Assembly (NCBI GenBank): GCA_963708075.1
Contig: OY970194.1
Span: 320,001-384,000, forward strand
DNA length: 64,000 nucleotides
Origin: Sedimentisphaerales bacterium
GTDB lineage: Bacteria > Planctomycetota > Phycisphaerae > Sedimentisphaerales > Anaerobacaceae
Reading direction: 5' to 3'
In this document: positions 1-12,400 of the stretch, in pieces
Position numbering within the stretch: position 1 is the stretch's first letter
How the letters are laid out: each line of letters opens with the position of its first letter
Made by a program: the position numbers and the translations under genes
The notes under the pieces: generated by a model
Told to the model about the DNA's origin: nothing
What the model saw: only the letters and a program-made list of their open reading frames with translations
Database searches by the model: none

Positions 1-601
1 ACGTGGCGATCGGCTTCGACTCGGCATTGAGGAACTGGATAACGTCGCATCGCGGGTCATACAGCTTCTCTGCGTAGTAGTTATAGGCGATCTTGCCGCG
101 GGCCTGGCCGGTAGCGATCTTCACGCGGGCGGGCTGCAGTTTGGTTGCCGCCTCGTTAATTGCCTCCGCCAGCTTCGCGCACACGCCGTTGAGATACTCG
201 ACATCACAGGCGGTCTTGCCGCTGGCATCGGGAAAGCCGTAGCAGTCCGGACCGCTGTGGTTGTGCGTGGCGCCGATGAGGATGTTCCCGGCGGGGATGC
301 CCTGGACCCGGCTGCGGACCTTGTCGCCCAGCACGCTCGGGAAACCCAGGAAATCCGTGCTGCAGATGGCAACGCGGGTACCGTCGTTTTCAAGCACGAG
401 CGCGCGGACCGTGAGCTTGCCGATTTTCTTCGTCACAGGCTCCGACGGTCCCATGCCGCCGGAGACAGGCAGGAACTTCTCCGGCGTGACATCACGCACG
501 GCGATACCCGCCCGAAATGCTCCCCAGACTGGGCTGGTCAGGAGGAAATGAAACAATACGACCGATACGAACACTTTCGCAACACGGCGCCTTGCATACA
601 T
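1..601 (-). CDS. Secreted protein with neutral/alkaline ceramidase-like N-terminal domain (partial, runs off window)
   Basis: Hand translation from ATG at 601 (GGAGG upstream): MYARRRVAKVFVSVVLFHFLLTSPVWGAFRAGIAVRDVTP...LTVRALVL...NILIGATHNHSGPD. Signal peptide plus the ATHxHSGP motif. Confidence 0.7.
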   Translation of the reverse strand, partial: MYARRRVAKVFVSVVLFHFLLTSPVWGAFRAGIAVRDVTPEKFLPVSGGMGPSEPVTKKIGKLTVRALVLENDGTRVAICSTDFLGFPSVLGDKVRSRVQGIPAGNILIGATHNHSGPDCYGFPDASGKTACDVEYLNGVCAKLAEAINEAATKLQPARVKIATGQARGKIAYNYYAEKLYDPRCDVIQFLNAESKPIAT

Positions 602-641
602 CTCTTTTCCTCCTTTGCTCTGTGGGTAGGACGAACGAGTC

Positions 642-2906
642 TTAGAGCCTCATGAAGTCTCCCAGCGTCTGTACGTGGCTGTTCCTCTGGTTGGAAACCG
701 GCTTGGCCCCGGGTTTCGCGGCGGGTCTGACAGCAGGTTTGCCGGCAGGTTTAGCGGCCGGTCTTGCCTTTGTCGGGTCCTTCATGGTCAGGCTGATCCG
801 CTTCTTCACGAGATCGACCTCAAGAACCGTGACCATCACCTTCTGATGGACCTTGACGACCTCGGCCGGGTCCTTCACGAAGCGGTCGGCCAACTGGCTG
901 ACGTGCACGAGGCCGTCCTGGTGGACGCCGATATCGACGAAGGCCCCGAAGGCGGTCACGTTCGTGACGATCCCGGGCAGCCTCATGCCCGGCTTGATGT
1001 CCTCGATCTTGTTGACGCCCTCGGCGAAGCTGAAGATTTCGAATTGCTGCCGGGGGTCCCGGCCCGGCTTGGCCAACTCCTGCATGATGTCACTCAGAGT
1101 CGGCAGGCCGATGGTGTCGCTAACATAGCTTTCCAGACGTACCTTTCTTCGCAGCGGCTCGTTCTTCATCAGGTCCGCCACGGAGCAGCCCACGTCGCTG
1201 GCCATCTTGTCTACCACATGGTAGCTTTCCGGATGGACGGCGCTGGCATCCAGCGGGTTCTCGGCCTCGCGAATCCGCAGGAAGCCTGCTGCCTGCTCGA
1301 AGGCCTTGGCGCCGAGGCGGGGGACTTCCATCAGGTCCCGCCGGGATTTGAACGGCCCGTTCTCGTTCCTGTATGCGATGATGTTCTGTGCCAACTGTGG
1401 CCCAAGCCCTGAGACATATTGCAGGAGCTGCTTGCTGGCCGTATTCACTTCCACGCCGACATTGTTGACGCAACTGATGACGGTGTCGTCGAGACTGTGC
1501 CGCAGCAGCGGCTGATCGACGTCATGCTGGTACTGGCCGACCCCGATGGATTTTGGATCGATCTTGACCAACTCGGCCAGTGGGTCCATGAGCCTTCGCC
1601 CGATGGACACGGCCCCGCGGACCGTCACATCCTGATCCGGGAACTCCTCGCGAGCGACCTCCGACGCCGAGTAGATCGATGCGCCGCTCTCGTTGACCAT
1701 CACGATCGGGATATTCCGGGAGAACTTGAGGCCCTTGACAAAGGCCTCGGTTTCCCGGCCGGCCGTGCCGTTGCCGATCGCGATGATCTCGATATCGAAC
1801 TTCTCGCATAACTCGACCGTCTTAGCCGCATCGGCCGTGGCCAATCGCTCGCTCTGATGCGGGAAGACGACGTCGTGATGTTTCAACTGGCCCTGGCGGT
1901 CGAGGCACACGACTTTGCAGCCTGTCCGAAAACCGGGGTCTACCGCCAATATGTTCTTCTGGCCCAGCGGCGGGGCGAGCAGAAGCTGCCGCAGGTTCTC
2001 CGCGAACACCCGGATCGCTTCCTCATCCGCCCGCAGCTTCGTCGCCGCAAGGATTTCTGTCTCCATGGATGGGGACAGGAGCCTCTTGTAGCTGTCGGTC
2101 ACGGCCTCCTGGACCAGCGTTGAACAGGCCGAGCGGCCTTTTACGAACAATCCTTCGAGAATCATCACCGCCTTCTCATCGGGCGCCACCACCTGCAGCC
2201 GCAGGAAGCCTTCCTCGCGGCCTCGCCTCATCGCGAGAATCCTGTGCGAGGGCGCCTTGGCGACCGGCTCCTCCCACTTGAAATAGTCCTCGTACTTGAT
2301 CCCCTCGGTCTCCTTGCCGGGCACGACCTGCGAGCTCAGCTTGCCCTCTGTCTGGAACATCTCGCGCATTTGGGCTCGTGCCCGCTGATCCTCGTTGACC
2401 GATTCGGCGATGATGTCTTTCGCGCCGGCCAGGGCCTCCTCGACCGACGCCACACCCTTTTCCTCGCTGACGAAGGCCGCGGCCTGGGCCATCGGGTCCG
2501 CCGTCGGGTCCTGGGCGAAGATCAGGTCCGCCAAAGGCTGGAGCCCTTTCTCCCGGGCGATGATCGCGCGTGTCCGCCGCTTCGGCCGGAAGGGCAGGTA
2601 GATATCTTCGAGCACCGCCATGGTCTCGGCCAGCAGAACCTTCGCCTTGAGCTCGTCCGTGAGCAGGCCTCGCTCTTCGAGGGACTTGATAATGGCGTCC
2701 CGGCGGTCGTCGAGTTCTTTGAGCTGAGTGAGCCGATCGCGTATAGCGGTGACGGCCATTTCGTCCAGGGTGCCGGTAACCTCTTTGCGATAGCGGGCGA
2801 TGAACGGGACTGTCGCGCCGCCTTCGAGCAGCTCGGCAGTCGCCTGGACCTGTGCGGGCCGCACGGATAGCTCCGACGCGATCTTGATCACGTGTATTTG
2901 ATTCAA
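642..2906 (-). CDS. tex: Tex family RNA-binding transcriptional accessory protein
   Basis: GATVPFIARYRKE N-terminus, DPGFRTGCK, HhH region, C-terminal S1 domain (FGAFVDIGVHQDGLVHVS); TTG start. Confidence 0.95.
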   Translation of the reverse strand: MNQIHVIKIASELSVRPAQVQATAELLEGGATVPFIARYRKEVTGTLDEMAVTAIRDRLTQLKELDDRRDAIIKSLEERGLLTDELKAKVLLAETMAVLEDIYLPFRPKRRTRAIIAREKGLQPLADLIFAQDPTADPMAQAAAFVSEEKGVASVEEALAGAKDIIAESVNEDQRARAQMREMFQTEGKLSSQVVPGKETEGIKYEDYFKWEEPVAKAPSHRILAMRRGREEGFLRLQVVAPDEKAVMILEGLFVKGRSACSTLVQEAVTDSYKRLLSPSMETEILAATKLRADEEAIRVFAENLRQLLLAPPLGQKNILAVDPGFRTGCKVVCLDRQGQLKHHDVVFPHQSERLATADAAKTVELCEKFDIEIIAIGNGTAGRETEAFVKGLKFSRNIPIVMVNESGASIYSASEVAREEFPDQDVTVRGAVSIGRRLMDPLAELVKIDPKSIGVGQYQHDVDQPLLRHSLDDTVISCVNNVGVEVNTASKQLLQYVSGLGPQLAQNIIAYRNENGPFKSRRDLMEVPRLGAKAFEQAAGFLRIREAENPLDASAVHPESYHVVDKMASDVGCSVADLMKNEPLRRKVRLESYVSDTIGLPTLSDIMQELAKPGRDPRQQFEIFSFAEGVNKIEDIKPGMRLPGIVTNVTAFGAFVDIGVHQDGLVHVSQLADRFVKDPAEVVKVHQKVMVTVLEVDLVKKRISLTMKDPTKARPAAKPAGKPAVRPAAKPGAKPVSNQRNSHVQTLGDFMRL

Positions 2907-3086
2907 GGGTCCTTCCTTTCCTGACGTTTTCTTTCACACGGCGGATCTCAGACTGCGGCGCACTACGACTTCATCCGCAGCCATTGACCCCCAATCGGCA
3001 GCCCGGATGATAACGGTATTGGCGGCAGTTTTCAAGGCGTGGAATGTCGCGGCTGAAATATTGCGCGACGGATGCCGGCGGCCGCT

Positions 3087-3848
3087 TCATCGTCGGTACT
3101 GATTCGGCGTCATCCCCATCGCATTTCGGAAATGCCGGATGAAATGACTGTGGTCGTAGAACCCGTTCCGCAGCGCGACTTGCGTGATGGAGTGATCCGT
3201 GTGCAGCAGATCGTAACAGGATCGATGCACCCGGTATCCGGTGAGGAACCTCATCGGGGAAATCTGAAAGACCTGTTTGAATTTCCGCTCGAATTGATTG
3301 ACGGACAGGTACATCAGGGAGGCCAGCTCCTCGACCTGGATCGGGCTGCTGTAGTGCTGATTGATATGCTCGATGACGGCGGCAAACTGCTGATGAGGGC
3401 GCCAGCGTTCCCCGGATTTCCGGAAATCCCGCGTCACGCCGGCGATCCCAACCGCCGAGTCGTTCCGGGAAACCAGCGGCACCTTGCTGGTGATGTGCCA
3501 ATCGATGTTGCCGTCGCTATTGGAGACCAGCTCCACGCGGTCGATCAGGGGCTCGCGCGTCCGCATGACACGCCGGTCGTCTCGGAGGAAGATCTCCACC
3601 AGCCGGGCGGGAAAGAAAGCGAAATCGTCCTTGCCGATGAGGTCATCCTCCTTGTCCAGGCCCAGCTTTTCCAGAAATGCGCGGTTGCCCATGATGAATC
3701 GGCCTCTTCGATCCTTGGCGAAGAAGCAGACGTCCGGCAGGGAGTCAAACAGTCGAAACAGGTCGGAATTGGCTTTCAACCGCTGCAGCAACCGAATCTT
3801 GAAATCGCAGTCGCACATACTCATCGGCTCCTCGGGCCATTCACTCAC
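3087..3848 (-). CDS. AraC family regulator with N-terminal PAS-like domain
   Basis: PAS-like FFAKDRRGRFIMGN; AraC signature ITQVALRNGFYDHSHFIRHFRNAMGMTPNQYR; divergent from the pilin-like gene. Confidence 0.9.
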   Translation of the reverse strand: MSEWPEEPMSMCDCDFKIRLLQRLKANSDLFRLFDSLPDVCFFAKDRRGRFIMGNRAFLEKLGLDKEDDLIGKDDFAFFPARLVEIFLRDDRRVMRTREPLIDRVELVSNSDGNIDWHITSKVPLVSRNDSAVGIAGVTRDFRKSGERWRPHQQFAAVIEHINQHYSSPIQVEELASLMYLSVNQFERKFKQVFQISPMRFLTGYRVHRSCYDLLHTDHSITQVALRNGFYDHSHFIRHFRNAMGMTPNQYRR

Positions 3849-4020
3849 AGGGTCATGAGGGCTATGGTGAAATTATACACAAAGAAGGTGGATTTGTGCA
3901 ATGATATCCTGCCGATCTTAAGTACTGTGTAAACTGGAATAATGGAGAGTGGCATCGGGCACGGCGGCCGTCTGTCTGCCGTGCGACGGCATCAATGAGC
4001 CGGGTCGAAGAGGTGCAGCC

Positions 4021-4827
4021 ATGAACAAGGAAAAGGGATTCACCTTGATCGAGTTGCTGGTTGTCATCGCCATTATTGCCCTTCTGATGGCGATTCTGAT
4101 CCCTGCGTTGCATCGAGCCCGAGAGCAGGGGCAGCGAGCCGCATGTCTGAGCAATCTCAAGCAACTGTCGCTGGCGTGGATCATGTACGCCGATGAGAAC
4201 GACAACAAGATTGTCGCCGGGTCCACCGGCAAGGCCGGCGAGAACAATGTCCCGGCAAAGGAGGACGGCTGGGTTCATTGGGCCGGTTACTCGGATACCA
4301 CCTCTGAAGAGGCACAGGTCCGAGCCATCAAGGAGGGGGCCTTGTTTCCGTACTGCCGAACGGCCAAGCTCTACCAGTGTCCCAGCGGGCTCCGTGGCGA
4401 GATGCGAACCTATGCCATCGTCGATGCCATGAACGGCTGGCCCACCAAGGTAGAGCTCATCATCAAAAACAGGATGCGGATCCCCAGGCCCGGCGAGAGA
4501 CTCGTCTTCGTGGATGAGGGCTGGGCCACGCTGGCAAGCTGGAGCGTTCCGTATGGTCGCGAGTCGTGGTGGGGTTCCATAGTCACCCAGGCCGGCATCC
4601 TGGCGGCGGACAATCGTCACAAGGATCCACCCCCCGTTCGCCATGGCGGCGGGACCTCGTTCTCCTTTGCCGACGGACACAGCGAGTACTGGAAATGGGT
4701 AGACCAGCGGACGATCGACTATGGCACGCTGACGCCCGGCGCGGACCCCGTCCAACCGGGCAACCGGGACCTGCACCGGGTCCAGCAGGCCTACTGGGGC
4801 GAATTGGGGTATGAGCCGGTGTTGTGA
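4021..4827 (+). CDS. Prepilin-type N-terminal cleavage/methylation protein with C-terminal H-X9-DG motif (DUF1559-like)
   Basis: [48 protein letters not shown]; start set at ATG 4021. Confidence 0.9.
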   Translation: MNKEKGFTLIELLVVIAIIALLMAILIPALHRAREQGQRAACLSNLKQLSLAWIMYADENDNKIVAGSTGKAGENNVPAKEDGWVHWAGYSDTTSEEAQVRAIKEGALFPYCRTAKLYQCPSGLRGEMRTYAIVDAMNGWPTKVELIIKNRMRIPRPGERLVFVDEGWATLASWSVPYGRESWWGSIVTQAGILAADNRHKDPPPVRHGGGTSFSFADGHSEYWKWVDQRTIDYGTLTPGADPVQPGNRDLHRVQQAYWGELGYEPVL

Positions 4828-4959
4828 GGACTGGACTCCGTGGCGCCCGGGCAGGAAGGTGTGGATGATAGCGTCCTTGTCATGGGCACAAGATGACAAG
4901 GATTCCGTTGCATCAAGCGTTGAAGGCTGTAATCCGTGTTCTTTTGAGGAGGAACGACA

Positions 4960-7904
4960 ATGAGAACGAGCCTCGTACTACTTGCGTCTATTCTGGTGCT
5001 GGGTCTGGCTGCCGGTGTGGCGAATGCCGGTATCAAGAGCGGCCTGGTGGGATACTACCCTCTTGATGAAGGGACGGGGACCATCGCTCACGATATGTCG
5101 CGAAGCGGACACGACGGGACCCTCCATAATAACGTGACATGGATTTCGCAGGGATACCAGGGCAGTGGAGTCAACTTTGACGGCACGACAGACACCAGGA
5201 TTGAACTTGGAACCTGGAATCCGGCTGCGGGAACGGGGCAGCTTTCTCTGGCACTATGGGTCAGGTGGGCCGGCGGAGGCGGCCTCTATCAAGGCCTGAT
5301 CGGCAAGAGAAATACATGGCCCGACACGACGATGTTTCAGTTCCAGATCAGACCGGAAAATGGTGGTACTTTTCGCCTTGAAACAGGAAGCGCTGCGATA
5401 GTCTCACCCAATAACGCTCTGACTCCGTTCGTCCAGACCTGGGCGCACGTAGCCGCCACCTTCGACGGAACCACATGCCGGCTCTATCTCAATGGTAAAG
5501 AGGTAGCGTCCGGCGCTTTCTCCTTCAACGCTGCAGGCACAGCATCCAATATGGGCATAGGCTGTGTTACGGGTGGTGGTGCAGGTTTCAGCGGGAACAC
5601 CGAGGTCCTCTCAGGCAGTATGGACGAAGTCTGCATCTACAACCGGGCGCTGTCCGCGGAGGAGGTTTCTCTTGTCATGGCCGGCATCGGTGGAGACGGG
5701 GCCTCCAATCCCCGCCCGAAGGATGGGGCCACCGACGTACCACAGGACGTGGTTCCAGGTTGGGACCCGCTGGCGACAGCCACGACGCGCGACGTGTACC
5801 TCGGGACGGCCTACGACGATGTCAATGATGCCAGTCGGGCTAAGCCGGGGGACGTCCTCGTCAGCCAGGGCCAAACGGCCACGACCTTCGCTCCGGCCGG
5901 TTCTCGAATACGGCCGGACCTATTACTGGCGGGTCGACGAGATCAATGCCCCGCCCGACGGTACGGTCTTCAAAGGCGACGTTTGGAGTTTCACGGCCGA
6001 GCCGTATGCCTATCCGATCACGAGCCTGACGGTCAAGGCGTCCAGTCAGCAGGTCGCCTGGCCCGCGGCGAGGACCATCGATGGCTCCGGACTCATCGGG
6101 GGTGACGAGCACTCCAACGACATGAATCACATGTGGATGAGTCTCGGCGTGCCGGCCTGGATTCAATACACCTTTGACAAAGAGTACAGGCTGAACGAGC
6201 TGTGGGTGTGGAACGCCAACTCCCAACTCGAGACGTACATGGGTTTTGGAGCCAAGAGCGTCAAGATCGAGTACTCGCTGGACGGCAACGCCTGGACCGA
6301 GCTTGGGGGCGTTCCTGAGTTCGCCCAGGCCCTGGGCATATCTGCCTGCACCGCCGGCGCCATCATCGACTTCGGGGGAGTCACCGCGAAGTACGTCAAG
6401 CTGACCATCAACGCCACCTGGGGCAGCCTCATGTCGGCCAGCCTGAGCGAGGTGCGGTTCTTCTCCGCGCCAGTGCAGGCCCGTGAGCCCCAGCCGGCCG
6501 ACGGTGCGACGAGCGTCAGCGTGGCAACCGACCTGATCTGGCGGCCTGGCCGCGATGTCCAGTCGCATGAACTGTACTTCGGCACCGATGCCGATGCTGT
6601 GGCCGCGGGAACCGTCCCGGCCGCCACGCAGACCCAGCGAAGCTACACGCCCGCATCCCTGGAGTTTGGGACTACCTACTACTGGAAGGTGGATGAAGTG
6701 GGCCAAACCGAGACCTACGAGGGCAATCTCTGGAGCTTCACGACCCAGGAGTACGCGATCATCGAGGACTTCGAGAGCTACACGAACGATTCACCCAACC
6801 GGGTCTTCCAGACGTGGATTGACGGCTTCGGCTTCTCGCAGGACGAGTTCTTCCCCCAGGGCGGCCCAGGGAACGGCTCGGGAGCCATGATCGGATACGA
6901 CCCTGGCATAGGCGACATCATGGAACGCACGATTGTCCACGGCGGCACGCAGTCGATGCCGTTGCAGTACGACAACACGGCGTCGCCGTTCTACTCCGAG
7001 ACCGAGCGCACGTTTGCGACCCCTCAGAATTGGCTGGACAAGGGGGCCAACACCCTGGCCTTGCACGTCCGAGGCAACGCGGGGAACTTCAAAGAGAACC
7101 TCCGGCGGTCAGATGATCATGAGCGCCATCGGCGTTGACATCTGGGACACCGCTGACCAGTTCCGCTATGCCTACAAAAACCTTAGCGGAAACGGCTCGA
7201 TGGTGGTCCGCGTCGACAGCATGATTCGCAGCGACGGCTGGGCCAAGGCGGGCGTAATGATCCGCGAGAGCGTCCATCCGGGCTCGAAACACGCATTCGT
7301 CTGTATGACGCCCGACTATGGTCCTTCGTTCCAGCAGCGTCGGGAGACCGGCAACGTGATGGACCAGGTGTCTGTGGTCGGGAGCGTAGCCCCGCACTGG
7401 GTGAAGTTGACCCGGACGGGGAACGCCTTCACCGCTCAGCATTCTGCCGACGGTGTCACGTGGGCCGATATCACATTCACGGCACCCGTGAACATCACGA
7501 TGGCCAACGACGTCCTCATTGGTCTGGCTGTGACCAGCCACAATGCCTCCATTGTGACCGCCGCCGAGTTCTCCAACCTCTCGACGACCGGCAACGTGAC
7601 GGGCGCATGGCAGACCGCCGAGATTGGCGCAACTCAGCCTGCAGGCAACTCGACTGAGCCGATGTACGTGAGGATCGAGGACAGTGCCGGCGCAAAGGTG
7701 GCGGTCGTGAATGCCGATGAGGTCATCACGCTGCGTCCCGCATGGCAGGAGTGGAAGATCCCGTACAGTGATCTGGCCGGGGTGAATCTGAGCCGGGTCA
7801 AGAAGATATATATCGGCATCGGCAATCGCAGCACGCCAACCGCCGGTGGCACCGGGACTGTCTACATCGATGATATCGCCCTGGGCCGACCGCGTACGCC
7901 GTAG
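4960..7904 (+). CDS. Large secreted LamG-like / discoidin (F5/8-like) multidomain protein; two apparent +1 frameshifts (~5901, ~7097)
   Basis: Signal peptide, LamG motifs (WAHVAATFDG, SMDEVCIYNRALS), repeated TYYWRVDE modules. Three consecutive ORFs join after removing one base at each junction. Confidence 0.8.
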
Positions 7905-7918
7905 TTGTTGGATCGCTC

Positions 7919-7992
7919 GTAGGGTGGGTCCTTGACCCACGCGGTTACTCAAGCGGAACGTGCTTGACGCGTGGGTTGAGAACCCACCCTAC
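7919..7992. repeat. GTAG-type REP doublet (REPIN-like inverted pair)
   Basis: GTAGGGTGGGTCCTTGACCCACGCG ... CGCGTGGGTTGAGAACCCACCCTAC. Confidence 0.75.
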
Positions 7993-8113
7993 ATATTGAT
8001 GGTGCGCAGATTGACGGGGGCGATAGTGTCTTTATCTTGAAGGGGGTCCAGGCTACAATACCGCAGTTGATTCCCCGGTGGGGATAATCATGTTAAGTAT
8101 GACGGAGTTGATT

Positions 8114-9394
8114 ATGGTCGATCGAATGAGAGCGACACGAAGGGAGTTTCTGAAAGCGGCGGCATCCACGGTGGCGTTGCCGTATGTGATCACGAGTTCC
8201 GCCCTGGGGGCCGCAGGTCGAGCCCCGGCCAGTGAGCGGCTGGTCATGGGCGCCATCGGCGTCGGGGGGCAGTGCATGCGGCACGTCGCCGGCGGCATCT
8301 GGGTCCAGGGCGGTGGGTACCTGAGCAAGCCCGGCGTCCAGGTCGTCGCCATCGCCGATGTCAACAGGAACAACCTGAACAACGCGAAGAACATCATCGA
8401 CAAGTACTACGGCAACAAGGACTGCGCCGCGTACAAGGACTTCCACCAGTTGCTGGCGAGGAGCGACATCGACATCATCATGTGCGGGACGGGCGACCGG
8501 TGGCACACGCCGGTGTCTATCGCGGCGGCCAAGGCCGGCAAGGACATCTACTGCGAGAAGCCCATCTCATTGACGGTGTATGAGGCAAGAACTCTCGCCC
8601 GCGAGATCAAGCGATACGGCCGGATCTTCCAGACGGGGACGCAGCAGCGGAGCTGGTATGAGTTTCGCTTCGCCTGCGAGCTCGTTCGCAACGGGTACAT
8701 CGGCGACGTGAAGCGGATCAAGGTCAACGTGGGCGGCCCGCCGGAAGAGTGCAACCTGCCGGCAGGGGGGCCGCCGCCCGACTGGCTCGACTATGATGCG
8801 TGGCTGGGTCAGGCCCCGTGGCGGCCGTTCCATCCGGAGGTACTCGGCTGGATGCGTTGGAAGGATTACTCCGGCGGCGAGATGACCAACTGGGGCACGC
8901 ACATGTTCGACATCGCCCAGTGGGGGATGGGCATGGACGAGTCCGGCCCGGTCGAGATCATTCCTCCGGACGGCAAGGACTTCAAGGTGCTCACATACCG
9001 CTACGCCACCGGCACGGTCATGACCCACGAGGCGATCAGCCAGCCAACGCCGGGCGTGCGCTTTGAGGGCACCAAGGGCATGGTCGAGGTCACCCGCGAG
9101 GCGCTGATCACCGAGCCCGACTCCCTTCGCCGCCAGAAGATCGGCCCGACCGAAATCCATCTCTATGAGAGCAAGGAGCATCCCGACAACTTCCTCGAGT
9201 GCGTCCGGACGCGTAAACGCCCGGCCTGCGACGCCGATGTCGGCTACCGCTCGATCACCGTCTGTCACCTCGGCAACATCGCCTATTGGCTGAAGCGCCC
9301 GCTGCGGTGGGACCCGGCCAAAGAGCAATTCGCCAATGACCCCGAGGCCGACCGGATGCTCTGGCGCGAGATGCGAGCCCCGTGGCAGATATAG
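8114..9394 (+). CDS. Tat-exported Gfo/Idh/MocA family oxidoreductase
   Basis: TRREFLK twin-arginine signal, GAIGVGG, GKDIYCEKP, FQTGTQQRS. Confidence 0.92.
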   Translation: MVDRMRATRREFLKAAASTVALPYVITSSALGAAGRAPASERLVMGAIGVGGQCMRHVAGGIWVQGGGYLSKPGVQVVAIADVNRNNLNNAKNIIDKYYGNKDCAAYKDFHQLLARSDIDIIMCGTGDRWHTPVSIAAAKAGKDIYCEKPISLTVYEARTLAREIKRYGRIFQTGTQQRSWYEFRFACELVRNGYIGDVKRIKVNVGGPPEECNLPAGGPPPDWLDYDAWLGQAPWRPFHPEVLGWMRWKDYSGGEMTNWGTHMFDIAQWGMGMDESGPVEIIPPDGKDFKVLTYRYATGTVMTHEAISQPTPGVRFEGTKGMVEVTREALITEPDSLRRQKIGPTEIHLYESKEHPDNFLECVRTRKRPACDADVGYRSITVCHLGNIAYWLKRPLRWDPAKEQFANDPEADRMLWREMRAPWQI

Positions 9395-9400
9395 GTCGCA

Positions 9401-9431
9401 TTGATGATTGATGAAGGATGATTGATGATTT
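9401..9431. repeat. Degenerate heptamer tandem repeat, single arm
   Basis: TTGATGATTGATGAAGGATGATTGATGATTT between two genes. Confidence 0.6.
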
Positions 9432-9441
9432 GGGAGCGGTT

Positions 9442-12400
9442 ATGAGCACTCTGCGTATTACTGTGGTCTTTGCTGTCACTGCGATCTGCTGTTCGGGCAC
9501 GACATTTGCCATGTCTGTGGATGAGGCCCTTGCCCGGCTCAAGACCTACAAGTTCGGCCAGGAGAACGAGGCAATCAACACCCTCCGTGATGCGGCCACC
9601 GGATCGTTCAATGACCCGGCGACCCGGCAAAAACTCGCGGCAGGGCTGGCGGCCATCCTCGAATCCGATGCGACTAATGACGCCAGGCACTTCGCTTGCC
9701 GACAACTTACTCTCATAGGCGGCGAAGCACAGGTTCCCGCTTTGGCGAAACTGCTGACGGATCAAGAGATGTCGCAGATGGCGCGATATGCCTTGGCTCG
9801 CATTCCCAGCGAGGCCGTGGATCGCGCGCTCCTCGATGCTCTGAACAAGACGGACGGAGCCAATAGGCTCGGCATCATCAACACACTTGGAAGCCGACGC
9901 AGCAATGCGGCGGTTGAACCTCTGACGAAGCTGCTCACCAATGAGCAGGCAGAGATTGCCTCAGAGGCAGCGGTGGCCCTGAGCCGAATCGGTACTCCCG
10001 CCGCTGCTCACGCGTTGGAAGGGACACTCAAGAGCGGCAACGGCAGGATGGTCGATGCCTACTTGAACTGCGCGGACGCGCTGTGCGCCACGGGCAACCG
10101 TGAGGCGGCGGCTGCCATGTACGGGCGAGTCCTCGATTCCGACCTGCCGGGGTATGTTCGTGCGGCGGCTTTGCAGGGGTGCTCGGTAGCAGCGCCGGCG
10201 GGTGCGGTCGTGACTCGCGTTGTCGCGGCGTTGAAGAGCGGTGATAAGCAGTTGGAGATGGTGGCGGCTGAAGTGGCCAGAGGAATCCCCGGCCCGCAGG
10301 CCAGCTTGCTCCTCGCGACCGCACTTTCTGGTCTTCCATCGGGCTCCCAGGTACGGTTGATCCGCGCAATGGCGGATCGTGGCGATGGTGCCGCACGGGA
10401 GGCTGTGACGAGGGCTTGTGGCAGCGAAGATGCCCGGGTGCGAGCAGCCGCGTTAGAAGCTCTCGGGACGGTAGGTGATGTGACATCGATCCCCATGCTG
10501 ATTAAGGCGACAGGGGGGACAGAGGCTGAACGAACTGCCGCGAGAACGAGTCTTGTGGCCTTGCGCGGCCAAGGCGTGGATGAAGCCCTGATCGCCAGAT
10601 TGAATGCTGCGGATGCACGGGAGCAGGTTGAAGTCATCACGGCAGTGACCTCTCGCGGTGTGGTGGAGGCAGTTCCCGCCATGCTGAAAGCGGCGGGGAG
10701 TAATAAACGGGAAGTCCGGGCGGCGGCTGTTGCCGGGCTGAGAGAACTGGCAGAGGCACAGCATGTCCCGGCGATGGTGGACTTGTTCGCCTCCGCCGAC
10801 GCGGGGGAGCGGGACGAGGTTCGTAAGATGCTCGTGGCGGTGGCCCGCCGATGCAAGGCGGAGAAGCAGGCGTCGCAGGGGGTGGCGGCGAAGCTCGATG
10901 CCGGGACGCAGAACCGCAGTTCGCTGCTATCCGCCCTGGGCGAGTTGGGCGATGAATCAGGGCTGGCGTGGATTCGCAAGGCGCTCGGCGATAAGGATCA
11001 GGACGTGCGGCGGGCGGCGATTGTTGCTCTGGGCGGCTGGCCGAATGCTCAGCCTTTGCCTGACCTGTTGCAGGTGGCGCAAAGTCGGGAGAATGCGACG
11101 CATCAGGTTCTTGCGCTGCGCGGGTACGTCGATCTGGTCGGGCGGGCCGGCTCGATGGCGCCCGACGAGAAGGTGCGGTGCTACGAGACCGCGCTGGGGT
11201 TGTGCTCGAACGCGGCGGAGAAGAGAAGAGTGTTCTCCGCTTTGCCTCAGGTCAAGACGCTTGGAGCCCTGAAACTCGCGGCCGCTCACATGGCGGATGC
11301 CGAGATCGGGCAGGAGACGGCGCTGGCGGCTGTGACAATCGCCAACGGCATCTATGTCACGGATACTGAGCCGGTGAAAGAGGTTCTGCAACGGGTGGCC
11401 GCCGCCGATGTGAGGAAAGAGATCAAGGACCAGGCAAACAAGACCCTCGGCGAGATCGAAATGCGAAAGAGCTACCTGGCTGATTGGGAAGTCGCCGGGC
11501 CGTACATGGAGAAAGGCCAGAACTACTCGCAGTTGTTCGATACACCTTTCGGGCCGGAAGTGAAGGACGCGGAGGTCGCGTGGCGAAAGATGCCGATCTC
11601 TACGGAGGGGCAGCATCCGGCGTATCTGGACCTGCTGAAAGAATTGAATGGTGGTGAACAGCGGGTAGCCTATCTGCGGACGAAGATCGAATCGCCGGAC
11701 GCCAAGCCCGTGACGCTGGAAGTCTTCAGCGATGACGGCGTGAAGGCGTGGCTCAACGGCAAGGTCGTCCACTCGAACAATATCGCCCGGCCGATTATGC
11801 CGGAGCCCGATCGCGTCAATGTCACGCTCGCCAAGGGAACGAACACGCTGATGCTCAAGGTCACACAGAACAATCTGCCCTGGGGCGCGGTTGTTCGTGT
11901 TCGCGAGGCGAAGACCGTTGAGGCCAAGGTCGGCAAGGGCTTCAAGCTGCACGTGATTAACGCGGACTCGCGATTCGAGGCGGCGGGGATTCTCGACGTC
12001 AATCGCGACGGCAAGCTCGACATTCTCAGCGGCGGGTTCTGGTACGAAGCCCCGGACTGGAAGAAGCACTTCGTGCGAGAGATCAAGGAGGAGGGGAATT
12101 ATTTCTATGACTTCGCCAACCTGCCGATGGACGTGGACGGCGACGGCTGGACCGACACGGTCGGGGCGGCCTGGCACAACAAGATGGTGTACTGGGTGCG
12201 CAATCCGGGCAAGACGGATGAGCCGTGGCAGGTGTTTGAGATCGATACGCCGGGGAACATGGAAACGGCCCTGGCGGTCGATATCAACGGTGACGGTCAG
12301 CCGGACATCCTGCCCAATATCATGTCTGAAGCAGCCTGGTATGAGTTTCACCGTGATGCAGCGGCTCCGCAGAAGGTACGATGGGAAAAGCATGCGCTGC

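Noticed and set aside
690..770. 12-nt repeats at the tex 3' end
   Set aside because: They encode an ordinary low-complexity PAAK-type tail.
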